64,000 nucleotides of DNA from Asterias rubens. Its lineage: Eukaryota. The notes beneath the pieces are model-generated. The model was not told the origin of the DNA, searched no databases, and was given only the letters and a program-made list of their open reading frames with translations. Positions 34,795 through 47,110 of this stretch are shown here, piece after piece. Numbering within the stretch: the first letter of the stretch is position 1; every line of letters begins with the position of its first letter. Position numbers and translations under genes: made by a program. The stretch covers positions 62,001 to 126,000 of the forward strand of contig NW_022985702.1 in NCBI RefSeq assembly GCF_902459465.1, in the 5' to 3' direction.

Positions 34795-35044
34795 GAGATC
34801 GTCTGAAGTTAAAAATAATAATACAGAGTATAAAAATAGCACTGAAAAAAAAAGCTTTGCGATTGGTTATTCGAGCGATGTACTGTTCACAAGAAAAAGA
34901 GTCAATAAATCCTTTACATGTTCTTCTCGAACCATAGTCTTTCCAAATAAAACGGATGCAATACGTAATCAGCAAAATAATAATTAAAATCAGTTTAAGC
35001 ATACGTGTTTTATCCCGTGTGCTTGTATTTGACGTTGCATCCAT
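34784..35044 (-). CDS. 86-aa protein with two predicted transmembrane segments (Polinton accessory)
   Basis: Hydrophobic runs LKLILIIILLITYCIRFIW and AFFFSAIFILCIIIFNF; fills the gap between the polB stop and the ATPase start, overlapping the latter. Confidence 0.5.
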   Translation of the reverse strand: MDATSNTSTRDKTRMLKLILIIILLITYCIRFIWKDYGSRRTCKGFIDSFSCEQYIARITNRKAFFFSAIFILCIIIFNFRRSHVD

Positions 35045-35057
35045 GATGTTTAGAAGC

Positions 35058-35985
35058 TCAATGAGTGGTTGACGTGGGTGTGCCAGCTTTATAACCGTAG
35101 GGTACGGTGTTGTACTGATCTACTCTAACCCTCTTGCTATAGACGACGCGGTAATCTTTTGTGCTTGACTTGGTCAGTATTTCTTTAGTTTTACTGTTCC
35201 TTACTATTTTATGAGGGTCTGATATCATAATTTTATGAGGGCCTACACCTTTTACCATGTCGACCACTGAATCAAAATTAATCTGTTGTGAATTTCTAAA
35301 GTTTAGGGTAAAGCCCCGCACTTTACAGCAGGTTTTTCCAGTGTCTAATCGATACGGGTAGTTCTTGGGCCCCCCCCCCCGACACAAATGTCTCTATATA
35401 ATTTCCATCTTTTGGGTTTAACTCATTCGTCAAATCGCCCAGATAATCACCCTCTGGAGGATTGTACTGTCCCGGTTTGGTTACGTATAAGACACTGTCT
35501 GTATCGTAATACAATACGGACTCTTGCAATTGTTCGAGTAGTTCGTAGAGCTTGAGTCTAGCATGGGCAGTAGTAAAAGCTGCAATAACCACATCTGTTT
35601 TGGCGTTTGGTTCAACAAACTCTTCTTCGGCTTCGTATCGAACTTCAGCAATTTCGTGATTAATGAAATTTATGTCATGTACAATCTTATCATCTGCCAA
35701 TAGAATGTCATTCAGTTTGGCTGGATCACTTATCACTTCGACTTTTGGCATGTTAATTCTCTGACCAAATTTTCCCCAGAAACTATTTAGCATCAGTTTG
35801 GCAAGGGCTCTCAGGCCTGGATTCTTTGTAATTTTGGATGCATCTAAATGTATCCCTTCGTGTTCATAATAGTCATTTAGATATTGTGTCTTGTCTTGTT
35901 CGCTGACGACCCATGATGGCCACCCAGAAGCTTCAACTTTAAGCTTAAGAAAAGTGTTAATATACTCCGTGAATAAACCACCCGT
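35058..35985 (-). pseudogene. polB: Protein-primed family B DNA polymerase, C-terminal part
   Basis: GGLFTEYINTFLKLKVEASGWP, GLRALAKLMLNSFWGKFGQ, AAFTTAHARLKLY, VLYYDTDSV, YLGDLTNEL, KVRGFTLN, VPYGY; one frameshift near 35370. Confidence 0.95.
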
Positions 35986-36908
35986 GTCTACTTCACTCTA
36001 CTTACCGGTAGAGTCGAATTACTAATTTGCATATTCCCTATGCCGTGAGGCAGAAATTCTAAGACTTTTACACACAGTAGCGCCCTCCACCGTCCTACCC
36101 ATAACGCCCCGCGACATGCCCGTCACGGAGTCGTCCTCTTTTCTCTTAGCCGCGAGTGGGTGAGGTTGTGTTTTAAATCTGTTCCAACAGTTCATAAGAA
36201 AACCGTTGTCTAAACCTTATCCTCGCTAAGAGTGCTATAAAAAGACTAGAAAGATTGTAGAGTTTTAGTTGTTGTGTTGTAGTGAGTTGTGAAATAAACT
36301 ATAGTTTGATTTCGTTGAGAAAATAATGAGTAGCGTAAAGAAACTGGGGAGGGCTTCGACTGTCAGTACTGGGGTTACGTCCGTTTCCCTGGGACAGTCG
36401 GAGCTCTCGGGGGACTGCGCCGGCGACACTACGTCGCCCGGCTTGCAGTCCTCCAGCCAGCCTACGCAGCCTCTGTCGGCAGAGGCTGTGTCGGCCGGAA
36501 GACCCACCGATCAAAGAGGTTGCTTACCGCTCCCCCTCCTCGGTCAGTGTGCGTGGGTCGACCCAGTCGAAGGTCAAGCGCCCCGGCAAGGCCAAGAAAG
36601 CCGGTGCCGGGGCAACGACCAAGAGAGGTAGGGCGAAAGGTGGCTCTGGTCCGGAGCGCACCGCCCACTCTCCCAGCACCGCCTCCGCACGGCTCAGAAT
36701 ACCCAGCCCGCAACGACACCGTGGATTCCCCCACGACGGTTGGTGACGGCCTTTTGCGAGGGTTGAAGACCCACAAGGCACCCGCCCACGCCATAGGCTG
36801 TGGGGTGCTAGCCATGAGGAGAAGGATTATGGGTGCGGAGTCGGGTACCTGGGACGCCCCCAGGATACCCCACTCACAGGGCCCGCCCTCGTCTTCGAAT
36901 TTCATCCG

Positions 36909-38991
36909 TTGCTCGGGCATCCCTGTCACTGGTTTTCGTGCGCCCGCCCGCCCCCCGGTATCGTGGGGCGTGGCGGAAGTGACCTCCCGGTCTCCAGGCG
37001 ACCTCCCGCCGACGGACCCGTGGGAGGTCGCCTTCAGGAATTTTTGGGGTCCTGGGCTCAGATCACGTCCGACAGATGGGTCCTCGAGACAATCGAGTGT
37101 GGCTACGCACTCGATTTCACGAGAACCCCCCCGTCGGACATGCTGATACGGCCAACGCCCACCCCGTCCGACCCTCTCAAGCGCCAGGCCCTCGAAGGGG
37201 AGATCAGTTCCCTTCTCCTCAAACGGGCAATACGCCTTGTCCCCGACCAGGGGACACGGATGGGGTTCATGTCCACTTTCTTCTTAGTTCCCAAGAAGGA
37301 GGCGGACACTTGGCGACCGATCCTGAATTTAAAGCCCCTAAACCGATTTATCCTCCCAAAGCGCTTCCGCATGGAAACGCTGCGGGCAATCCTCGAATCA
37401 ATCGATACACCTGCATGGGGGGCGAGCTTGGACATTCGGGACGCTTACCTCCACGTCCCCATCAGGTCCGAACACTGCAAATTTCTGCGCTTCCTTTACA
37501 ACAGAATGCTATACGAATTTGTGGTACTCCCCTTCGGACTGTCAACCTCCCCTCGAGTTTTTACCCGAGTGGGACGGGCGATCGGAGCAGCACTTTGGAG
37601 ACGAGGACTGCTGATTTTCCAATACCTCGACGATTGGCTGATTGTGGGCCGATCACGGGAGGCAACGGACGCGGCGCTGACACTTACGTGGCGCCTCACG
37701 TCCAGCCTGGGGTTCCTCATCAACATCGAGAAATCGCACCCGATCCCCTCTCAGGTGCCCACCTTTCTCGGTGCGGCTCTCGACTTTCAGAGGGGGCTAG
37801 CCCGCCCTTTGGCGGAATGGGTACAGAACCTTCGGCAGTGCATGGCTCTTTTCCTGGGGGCTACGGTGGCACCGGCGGTAGCCTGGCTCAAGTTACTTGG
37901 TCTCATGGCCAGCATGGTAGACCTAGTAGATTTCTGCAGGCTGAGGATGAGACCTATCCAGCTCCATCTCCTCGCCTACTTTCGGCCCAGCCGTCATTCG
38001 GTCAACCTCCCGGTGCCTACCACGCCTTGGCTGACCCCCCACCTTCAATGGTGGGTGGAGGACGCCAACCTCACATGTGGTCGAGTGTTCCGCCCGCCCC
38101 GACCGTCAGCGACTCATCACCGATGCGTCTCTGTACGGCTGGGGGGCGACCCTCGACCCCCATCAGATAGCGGGGGTGTGGGGCCCGGAACACCACTCGA
38201 CCCACATCAACGTCCTGGAAATGCTGGCGGTCCAGAATGCCCTCCAGCACTTCCGGGCACAGTTAGTGGGGCAGGCCGTCCTGGTGCACTTCGACAACGC
38301 TACAGTGGTAGCGTATATCAATCACCAGGGGGGCACCCGGTCGGCCCGACTGTGTGCACTAGCCTGGGACCTAATCCACTGGTGCATACGGCAGGGGATC
38401 GCCCTGTCGGCGTTGTACATCCCAGGGAAGGAGAATGTCACGGCCGACGCTCTCTCCCGGGGCTGGATCGTCCCGACAGAGTAGTCCCTCCGCCCCTGTG
38501 TGGCCCAGTCGCTCTTCCTGCTTATCGACCGACCTCACGTAGATCTGTTCGCCTCTCGGACGAACAATCAGCTACCGATCTACTGCGCCAGGGGTACCGA
38601 CCCCGGGGCATGGCGGATTGACGCTCTGACTATGCGATGGGAGGGGCTGTTGGCATACGCCTACCCGCCCATCTCCCTCATTCCACGGGTGCTGACAAAG
38701 ATCGAGCAGGATCATTGCAAAGTTCTCTTGATCGCCCCCTTTTGGCCCCTACAGCCCTGGTTCCCTCGGCTGGTCAGGCTCCTGGTGCACAGGCCGGTGG
38801 TTCTCCCACAACGCCCGGACCTCATATACCAGCTCGGGTCCGGAGTGGTTCATCCGACTCCGAGGGACCTGCACCTGACGTGCTGGGTGCTGTCACAAGA
38901 TCCCTCAGAGCAGCGGGCCTTTCGAGACGGGCTGCGGAAATTGCCGCCCAGTCCCGAAGGGCCTCGACTGCCGACTTCGCCATTTCTTTAA
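36909..38991 (+). pseudogene. DIRS RT - RNase H - DAM-like methyltransferase ORF; frameshift and stop
   Basis: FLVPKK...WRPILNLKPLN, LDIRDAYLHVPI, LPFGLSTSPRVFT, QYLDDWL; TDASLYGWGA, HINVLEM, DNATVVAYINHQGGTRS, NVTADALSR; VDLFAS..N, YAYPP, LIAPFWP.QPWFP. Frameshift at about 38100, TAG at 38482-38484. Confidence 0.95.
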
Positions 38992-39960
38992 ATGGTGTAG
39001 GCGGCGAGCTATTCGTCCCACCGATACTTCTGTAGAGGAGGTCGGGGATTTCCTCCTATATCTTTTTGATAGCGGACTGGCAACGGCCACAGTGAAAAAT
39101 TACCGGTCGGCCATTGCAGCAGTCCACGGAGGATTCGCCGACGGCTCGACAGTCTCGGATAACCGGGCGATTGGGCAGCTGACTAAGGGGATGTTTGTCA
39201 CCCGTCCCCCTGTGCGCAAATTGGTCCCATCCTGGGACCTCTTTAGCGTGCTGTCGGCACTAACAAAACCCCCGTTCGAACCACTGAGTGGGGCCACGTT
39301 GCTACATCTAACGGTCAAAGTGGCCTTTTTGGTGGCGGTCACTACGTCTCGCCGACGTAGCGAGCTCCACTCCCTTACAGTGGCGGCGGGGCACATCCGG
39401 TGGGAACCCGGAGGGGTCCGCCTAATCCCTACGCCAGGGTTTTTAGCCAAGAACCAGTCCGGTTCTTTCGAACCTCCAGATATTTTTGTTCCCGACCTTT
39501 AAACCTTTTCGGCGGTCACAGAGGACAAACTTTGGTGCCCGGTATGGGCGCTAAAGTGGTACATCGATCGTACGAAGTCACTCCGAACCGGCCACGAACA
39601 GCTGTTCGTGTCCACGGTTCCACCATTCCGACCGGCATCCCGCGATACAATCGCGCGTTGGATAGTTACAGCCATCCGCTCGGTGCCGGGCGGATGGCCA
39701 GCGACCGATGGTCCAGTTCATGCCCACGAGGTACGGGGGGTGTCGGCCTCATGGGCTTTCTTTAAAGGGGTCTCCATGAGTGACATAACAAGGGCGGCCT
39801 CCTGGAAGAGCCCGTCCACGTTCTCTGACTGCTACCTGAAGGTCGTTCTACAGGTGGATGGGAGAGCGGGTAGAGCGGTGTTGCAGGCGGCCAGCTGCAA
39901 AGCCAGAACAAGCTCCACCTCGTCAGTCTCGTGTTTAGGTGAGTTTTTTTCCACGGTAAT
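38900..39960 (+). pseudogene. DIRS tyrosine recombinase
   Basis: TVKNYRSAI, TSRRRSELHSL (R), FLAKNQ (K), HAHEVRGVSASWA (HxxR), AASWKSPSTFSDCY (W, Y); TAA at 39500-39502 and a short N-terminal deletion relative to the copy at about 53600. Confidence 0.93.
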
Positions 39961-40093
39961 ATAGTGCTAACAATACTTATAATGTTTTGCTCACCCGTGG
40001 GACGACACCCCCTTGGGCGCGCCGGGGTCCTACGCCCCCCATAAGACATGCAGTAGCACCGCGTATACCCACCGCCTTTCCTCGGTGCGAGTC

Positions 40094-40198
40094 TATGCAA
40101 ATTAGTAATTCGACTCTACCGGTAAGTAGAGTGAAGTAGACTCCCCCCCCCACAGTAGTGTGGATGGGGTCTACGAACGAATACTTACCGGTAGAGTA
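40094..40198 (+). repeat. DIRS internal complementary region (ICR)
   Basis: Reverse complement of the left terminus (...gtgaagtagac) joined directly to the reverse complement of the right terminus (tccccc...cacagtagtgtggatgggg). Confidence 0.9.
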
Positions 40199-40440
40199 TC
40201 CCTCCCTCCTTCCCCACATACTCGGTCCTTGGGTGCTTACATTTAGTAGGGCTCATCGAAAAGAGGACGACTCCGTGACGGGCATGTCGCGGGGCGTTAT
40301 GGGTAGGACGGTGGAGGGCGCTATTGTGTGTAAAAGTCTTAGCATTTCTGCCTCGCGGCATAGGGAATATGCAAATTAGTAATTCGACTCTACCGGTAAG
40401 TATTCGTTCGTAGACCCCATCCACACTACTGTGGGGGGGA

Positions 40441-42810
40441 TTTGGTCTCCCTATCGTACTGTTCACTATGCTCAAAATGCCACACAACTTCAATATCGAT
40501 CACTCTATACCCCAATTCAATAGCCTTTTCGAGTTCTATAGACACCCACGTACCGTGCTAAGCCCTTTCATCATCAGTATGTGTACACAAAGTCTGCTGC
40601 AGAGTGTCTACGCAGCTTCGGCACAAAGGAAATGTCAATTTGCCCCCCGATCGATAGGGTAACAAGGGATGGATTAATTTGGGGGGTGCGACTACTTGGC
40701 ATTTGATGAGACCGTAGTAGTCTGAGACATTTTTGAGTTATGATTTCGGGATGGTACAGTGGATAAGAACAATACTTATTTATGAATGGATATAACGAAC
40801 AAAAGTCTAAATACCTGATTACGTCATCCCCCTTTGTTTTATGAAACAAACAAGACGTGTTCGTACGCCCGCCGTAGAATCCGTGCCTGGGATTTAACGT
40901 TGCGCGGGGTCCAGTAATTGATTTGTGCTGGAGGGTAACTTTTATGTCTTCGGGTAAGTTTTTGACAATGGCTTTCCACTCACATTCCCACATCTCGACA
41001 AACTTTGTACATGTTGATTCCAAGAAAGTTTTCCTTTCTAGGGTGCGCGTGTCTAACTCTGACATGGGCGTCATCATTGTATTATTGATTGTCTTCTTAT
41101 TTGGATAACACTTGACGCACCCGTGAAAGTAGCATCCATTGAAAGAATATATTGTTTGACTTTCAGCATCATATTCGTCCACCTTATATTTGCCAGTCTG
41201 TTTTTCTCCTTTATTTCTCGCGTGTTGGATATATTTACCCTCCGTCAAGTGAACGTAATGTAACCATTGCAAAGCGACTTTTGATTGTTGTTCCTTGCAC
41301 TCGTACCCAGTAGGAGGTAAGACCGCAATGGTGTCGGCACTCAGGAAATTTCTCCTGTACACCAGATTACACGCAGAGGCTATTGTAATACAATTCTGAA
41401 AGGGATCGATACCTTCGTCATTCTCCCCCTGGGAGGATACTTTCTTAAATAGGGTTCGAAACTGCAAACAACAGCGACGAAGAATTTGTACGTCACTGAT
41501 ACAACAGTTCATCTTGTAACACAAAATGTTTTCCCTTTTCTCCCTCGTACCATTCATAAAATTGTTGTCTCTTTTCTGGGCTCATACTGTCGGGGGTGTA
41601 GTACTTGGCATCCGGAAAGGGACCTTCGTACTCTTGGTTTTGTTTTGTATTCCATAAGTGAGGGAAAAACCCTTTGTGTAATTCTTTGTAACCGAATGTT
41701 TGAGGCAGTTTACTTAAAGCCATGGGTAAAAAGTTGATAGAATCAACAATTTTGCGCTTGATAGACTGTATCTTACACCCCGTGTAAATAACATCGGGTA
41801 TGATAGCATTGTCGTACAGGAAACTGAGCAAAAAATACCCATCGTACGCTTTTAAATTATGCGCCAGAGCGATAGAATTATCCGTCTCTTTAGAACTGAA
41901 TAACCAATCGCAGAACTCTTCCTTACATTTCTCACCTTTAAATATCTTCTGACGAGACTCTGAACAATGTTTACATGATTTATACAGCGGGTCATCTTCT
42001 GATTTATCCTCACACAATTCACACACAACATGTGCAACGCATAAGTTTGGTTCGTGAACGCCGTTATCTTCAGTGCACTCAAAGTCAAAGAATACATATT
42101 TTGCTACGTCCTTCTCCTTCTTTGGCCCTGTACCGTCCCCATTACCAACTCGACCATCGGTATCGATCTGTTTACTTCCCGTACCAGTGATAGGCTTGAC
42201 AAAGCATTCGTGATCGACAAACCCCATCTCTTTACATACGGTACAGTATCTTTTGGTGCAGTCGTGCGTGCCATGTTTACCCTCGAGTTCATTGTTTACG
42301 TACCAGTCGCAGCGTTTACATCTGTAATATAACTTACATATTGTTTTACCTTTGATCTTCTTAGTCTTATGATTATTAAAACACTTCTGGTCCTTAAAAT
42401 TACGATTACATTCCGTACAGTGTACCCAAGTGATTATCTCACCCGATTTACAGCCGGGAGAAAAACACATTCTACAATCATCTACGCATCGCTTTTGTCT
42501 GTCTTGAGAATCAAAACCCCTTTGAGACGTGTCACAAAAATAACCCCTGTTTAAAAAGCCCTTCATTGACGTGATCAAATCGTAATGGTTATTGTAAAAA
42601 TACAGATAGATCGTTTGCCGTTGTACTGGCCCCTGAAAATAGAAGCGTTAAAACGATCGCTGGATAAAACCACCAATCGATACTCGGTCAGGACGTCTTG
42701 AAATTTCTGTATTTCTTCCAGACCCGCAAGGCCCTTCTTTTACACCGCTTTTGCGTGTAAATCCCTAGCAAGGTATTCTTGCTCTTTTCGACCCATTTTT
42801 ATCTGTTTTA
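40441..42810 (-). pseudogene. polB: Protein-primed PolB, N-terminal Cys-rich, exonuclease and palm-A part; several frameshifts
   Basis: HYDLITSMKGFLNRGYFC, VFFDFECT (ExoI), HNLKAYDGYF (ExoII), KGFFPHLWN, ITIASAC, FNGCYFHGC, FYGGRT, YLDFCSLYPFINKY. Confidence 0.93.
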
Positions 42811-45266
42811 ACTTTAATTCGTCATAGATTGACACACTCTTTTCTCGACAAATATGAAAAAAATGGTTCGACATGTTCCTTCATGATTTTGGTAGCAAAG
42901 GTGGGTTTCATAATGCACTCCTGTTCACCTAACTCAGCCAGTAGTCCAGGTAGGTTTTCTTTAGTTGGTAGTCTCCTGCACTCATATCCTCCCAGAATGG
43001 GTGTCATCAGAAGGAAACTTATCCAATGCTGCTTCAATAATTTCCCGATCAGATTCGGGAATGAACTGCAGGAAAGTTTCCTTGGTGTCAGCTTCACTGT
43101 TGCCATAAATGACAGTTTCCATAAACACTGGAGCAAGACCAATGGGGAAATATCGCAGGTCCTTCCATCCCTTCGCAGTGATCCTTCCTACAGCTTCCCA
43201 TTTCCGCTCACCAAAGTCGTGCCGAATGACAGGTACCTTAATTGTCGCCCCTGTCGTCATTTTTTCGTTAAACTCCAACCAGAACTGGGTGAGAGCATCT
43301 TGGTAAACTCCAATACCTTGCCCCGACTCCATGTCACCATTGGGTAAAATCATGTGGACCGATAATTTTGCTCCCATGATGCTTGGCCTCGAGAAGGCCT
43401 CGACCAAATCATCAATTATAAATGCTCTCCTAAGGACGACCACTTCAAATTCACCAGAACTTTCTGTACCCCCTTTCTTCGTCTGGCACCTGGTTGGTTT
43501 CTAATGGTAGGGTGTCATTCAGATGTTCGACTTCATTTCTGCCCAATGGTCCAAACTGCACAGTTGGAGTATCAGGTTGTGATGATCCAACTTGATCCAA
43601 CTTGATCCGGACTGTCGATGTCTACAACCACCTCATTGCCAATATCCGACCAAATTGCCGGTAGTTCTTGGACGTCCTCTTCATCAACCACAGCTTCAGT
43701 TTTATTTTCCTCTGGCTTTTCTTTGTTTTTCTGTTTCTTGTTTCCTCCACACCCACTTTCCTCTGCTGAGGCGTCTTCTTCAGTTTTGGCACCTTCTTCA
43801 GCTTGGGGGCTTTCTTCACCCTGACTTTTCCCTTGGCTTTTCTTTGTCGTCTGCAGATAAAAACGCAGTACAGGCATTTTAACTTCATCATACAGGGTAC
43901 CTACGGTGAAATCAGAAGACACAGGAAGTTGTCTGAAGTCGCACATTTCAAACTCAAAATCGTCTGACTTTCCTCTTGAGGATTTCCCGCCCTTAAAAAA
44001 AAGGTTCTTGGATAACTTCACCAACTCTTCCTTGCCAGCTTTTTTGGAAACTGAAATTGGCCGAGTTCCTCCTCCATGCTGTTTACTGACTTGCTTTTAG
44101 GAACTCGTTTGGTAGTTATAGTCAATCCACCCAATGTCAATTTTTCTAACATCCTTCCGGGCATTGCTGTTGCCTTTCAGCTTCACTGATCGGTTGTCAC
44201 TAGATCCAGATGCTTCAAAATCGTCTTCATCATCAGTATCCGTGAGTGTTTCCTTTCGTCGTTTAAGCTGCAGCTTCCGACGCAGTGTGTTCAGGAGTTT
44301 GTTTTTCTTTGATGATAGTGGTGGTTGATCTGATGGGCCTGCCATTTGACAAAAGCTCCTTACTGCAATTCTGTCGCCAAGCAGAGGGATGAAGGTCTTT
44401 AAAGTGTCATCATCCATCATCCCAATTGTGTCTGCGTCAATCTAAAGCAAAAATAGAAAATAAAGAAAGGTTAGCCTCTTCGGTTAAAAGAAATGCCATT
44501 CCATAAACAGTCTTCATACAACAAGTTTTATTGTTTAACTCACAGAAATGTTACTATATAGTAACCTTACATTTTTGTTGAGCCCACCCCCCTGCCCCAT
44601 CGTAATAAGTCCAATGCCCACACAGACACATGTCTACAATCCCGGCCAAAATGCTTGGGCCACCCTTTCCTAATGTTGTATACAACGATTCCCTGTGCAC
44701 TTCCCATTCACATTCAAAACATTTGTCCCCCGCCCCCCGCCCCCCACTCAATGTTGACTGTAACTCAGAACACAACTCAGAACACAATCAGCAATTGGAA
44801 CCAACATTGAAAGGGGGCAGGGGGGCCCAACGAGATATGGCCAGGATTGTAGAACATGTTATTCTTTTTACTGACCACTAACCACCCTCATCCTCACTGA
44901 CCATGTCACTCTAAAACTTCCTGACCAGTATATAAAAGTGTTATTTTCTTTTCTTAATCATTCTCTATCCTATTGCAATAGGCCTCTAACTATCTTTCAA
45001 AGACTTTTAACCAAAATAGATGCTTTAATACATTAACTTGTTTAGCATATAGCCTTGTGTCATTCGAAACCCCCCTGAATATCAGGTAAAACAATGGAAA
45101 CATTAACAAACAATAAACGAAACAATTGTTTTCTTATAGACCTATTATGCATGTTATATAATCCGGTAAAGGGAGAGAATGAGTTTTAAACCTTTTCATC
45201 TTTCATTTGGTTGATCGTCTTCATTGGAATTCCTCTCTCCTGTAGGTATTTGTAAATGTCCCCCAT
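42810..45266 (-). pseudogene. Spliced SAM-like N-terminus plus HECT-like (G2E3-type) gene, truncated before the HECT C-lobe
   Basis: Exon 1 45266-45192 MGDIYKYLQERGIPMKTINQMKDEK| joins phase 0 to IDADTI...FIPLLGDRIAVRSFC (44441). Then RKIDIGW, GGGTR, LFFKGGKS, LRFYLQT, and ESGQGIGVYQDALTQFW...VPVIRHDFGERKWEAVGRI..KGW....YFPIGL. Stop at 44097-44099, frameshifts. Confidence 0.75.
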
Positions 45267-45552
45267 CGCTGCACACCTATCTGGTTGATAGGAAATGAAC
45301 AAAAATAGTCAAGTGCTATAAATTAGAACATGCGAAAACATTTTTTAAACTCTTAATTAATTATTTAACAGTCCCTTGTACTATACTGAAGGATTGCTAA
45401 TACTGGGGGAAAAAATGAAATAAAAATAATCTCAATGCATAATATGCACGTAAACTTAATTAGTATACAAAACACTAATTAAGTACCGACAAAGACTTAA
45501 TGATCACACCCAGGGGATACCGCAAGGGAAAAGGCCGGCAATGTAGATGGCC

Positions 45553-46020
45553 ATGTGGGCGAGGATCCCAGGTGTGGCAGTCTCGGAGCTCCGACGGTCT
45601 CAGAGCTCCAGATTACCAAGTCATGGCGACGCCCATGAACGAGTGGAGCGTATGCTTTATGTGGAGCTTTATGTGGAGCTTTATGTGGAGCTTTATGTGA
45701 AAAAAGTAAACACGTTTATAATAAGTATTGTAGGAGTGGGAATTACAAAGAAGGTTCTTGTGAAAGCCAGAAAAGGGTTTTGGGTTGCCCCTCGGAAAAG
45801 CACTCGTACGATAACAAAACAGGTCTCGAAAATTTATTCGTGGCGGTAGCGGGGGCGGGGAGTCACGCCCGCAACGACAGCATGCTACGTCATCCCAGAG
45901 AGCTTGGCACGCCAGAGATCTGAGACCGTGATTACTGCGTGCCGAAATCTCCGGTGACGTCACCCGGAGCTCTGAGACCGCCGGAGCGCTGAGGCCGCCA
46001 GTCCGGCATGGGACCACCCA
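45553..46020. mobile_element. GC-rich inverted-repeat element (MITE-like) with an internal 12-bp tandem repeat
   Basis: gagctccgacggtctcagagctcc (45586) mirrors ggagctctgagaccgccggagcgc (about 45966); tatgtggagctt repeated at 45651-45700. Confidence 0.5.
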
Positions 46021-46938
46021 TTCCCAGTCAGTAATGCACATGTACAGATAATAAGTTCTTGGTAAATTCATACATTTATATTCACTATCTACAAATAAGA
46101 CTCAAATGTGTCCGATTTAACGACACGTTTAAACGTAGATAAACCTGTGGAAACTCTCAGGTTTCACTAAGCACGTTCCACAGCATGGGTCCCTTATGTT
46201 TAATAGTTTTATGAGCAAAGGAAGAACGAGTGTTATATTATATGCAATTTAGATGCTTTGCGGGTAGAGTGAGCTAGAATGAACATCTGAATTTAATATG
46301 TTTGGTCCCCATCTATTCTTGGCCCCATGCCAGGCTTCGCCCAAAATCAATGTACTTATAATCTCCCTATCGCCCACAGTCGGTTCAACATCGGGACGCG
46401 ACGGCGTTCCCTTCAAATTCAAGCTCTGTGGCATAAACTATTAGTCATAGCTATAGCAGCAATTTTGGCAGGCCACTTACTAATTTTAACAATGAAACTA
46501 AAGACTGATTGAATTTCATGGGCGAAGTTAAGGCCTGTGTCCAGGATTACCAACTGAGCATTACAGCTAGCTAGTGCCCAACTTTCTCAGTCTCACAGGC
46601 TTACCGTTATATAATAGGTGTATGGCCATGACAGTCAAAGGGTAGTGTACACTGTGGAACTAGAAGCACAAGCGCGCAACCGCTGAAGCAGTGGAGCAGC
46701 GCTTAAAAACAGTACACACTATTTCCAAACAAGCCTATTATAGCACCTACTTCAGTTACACTTTAGGTCTATAATCCAGTGAACATGAAAATGTTAAAAC
46801 GACTAAATACCTGCGTTTTATTACCAAGAATCTCCAATCACGATAGCGCTTCGGTCACTCAATCACGTTGAAAACATCGTACCACATCGCTCCAGGGATG
46901 CAGAGTGACCAGTAAATAGCGCCCTCTAGGGATGAGTG

Positions 46939-47110
46939 AATCCGTAATAACGGATTACTAATCCGTAATAACGGATTACTAATCCGTAATAACGGATTAC
47001 TAATCCGTAATTACGGATTAATTACGGATTACTAATCCGTAATAACGGATTGCTAATCCGTTATAACGGATTACTAATCCGTAATAACGGATTGCGAATT
47101 CGTTATTACT
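46939..47110. repeat. 21-bp palindromic minisatellite, about 8 units
   Basis: Unit aatccgtaataacggattact contains the stem aatccgt/acggatt. Confidence 0.95.

Larger units (their letters stand above)
35986..40440 (+). mobile_element. DIRS1-type tyrosine-recombinase retrotransposon with both termini, inserted in polB
   Basis: Inverted terminal repeats of about 150 bp (35986-36148 and 40259-40440), internal complementary region, RT/RNase H/MT and YR ORFs; no TSD. Confidence 0.95.
25658..42810. mobile_element. Polinton/Maverick (adintovirus-like) element, decayed; right part lost
   Basis: Co-linear integrase, minor capsid, core-like protein, major capsid and adenain protease on +; ATPase, two conserved core genes and pPolB on -. 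The left boundary (AG(TG)n at 25658) is inferred; pPolB breaks off at about 42810 with no right TIR. Confidence 0.93.

Noticed and set aside
33373-34842. Novel 489-aa ATPase fusion protein
   Set aside because: Explained by a deletion plus a homopolymer frameshift joining three ordinary Polinton genes.
36462-39765. Many overlapping and antisense ORFs in the DIRS (e.g. 37076-38170, 36520-37146)
   Set aside because: Stop-poor GC-rich shadow frames with no recognisable motifs; only the RT/RH/MT and YR frames are supported.
42822-45266. Functional host HECT E3 ligase gene
   Set aside because: Internal stop, frameshifts, and truncation before the catalytic lobe.
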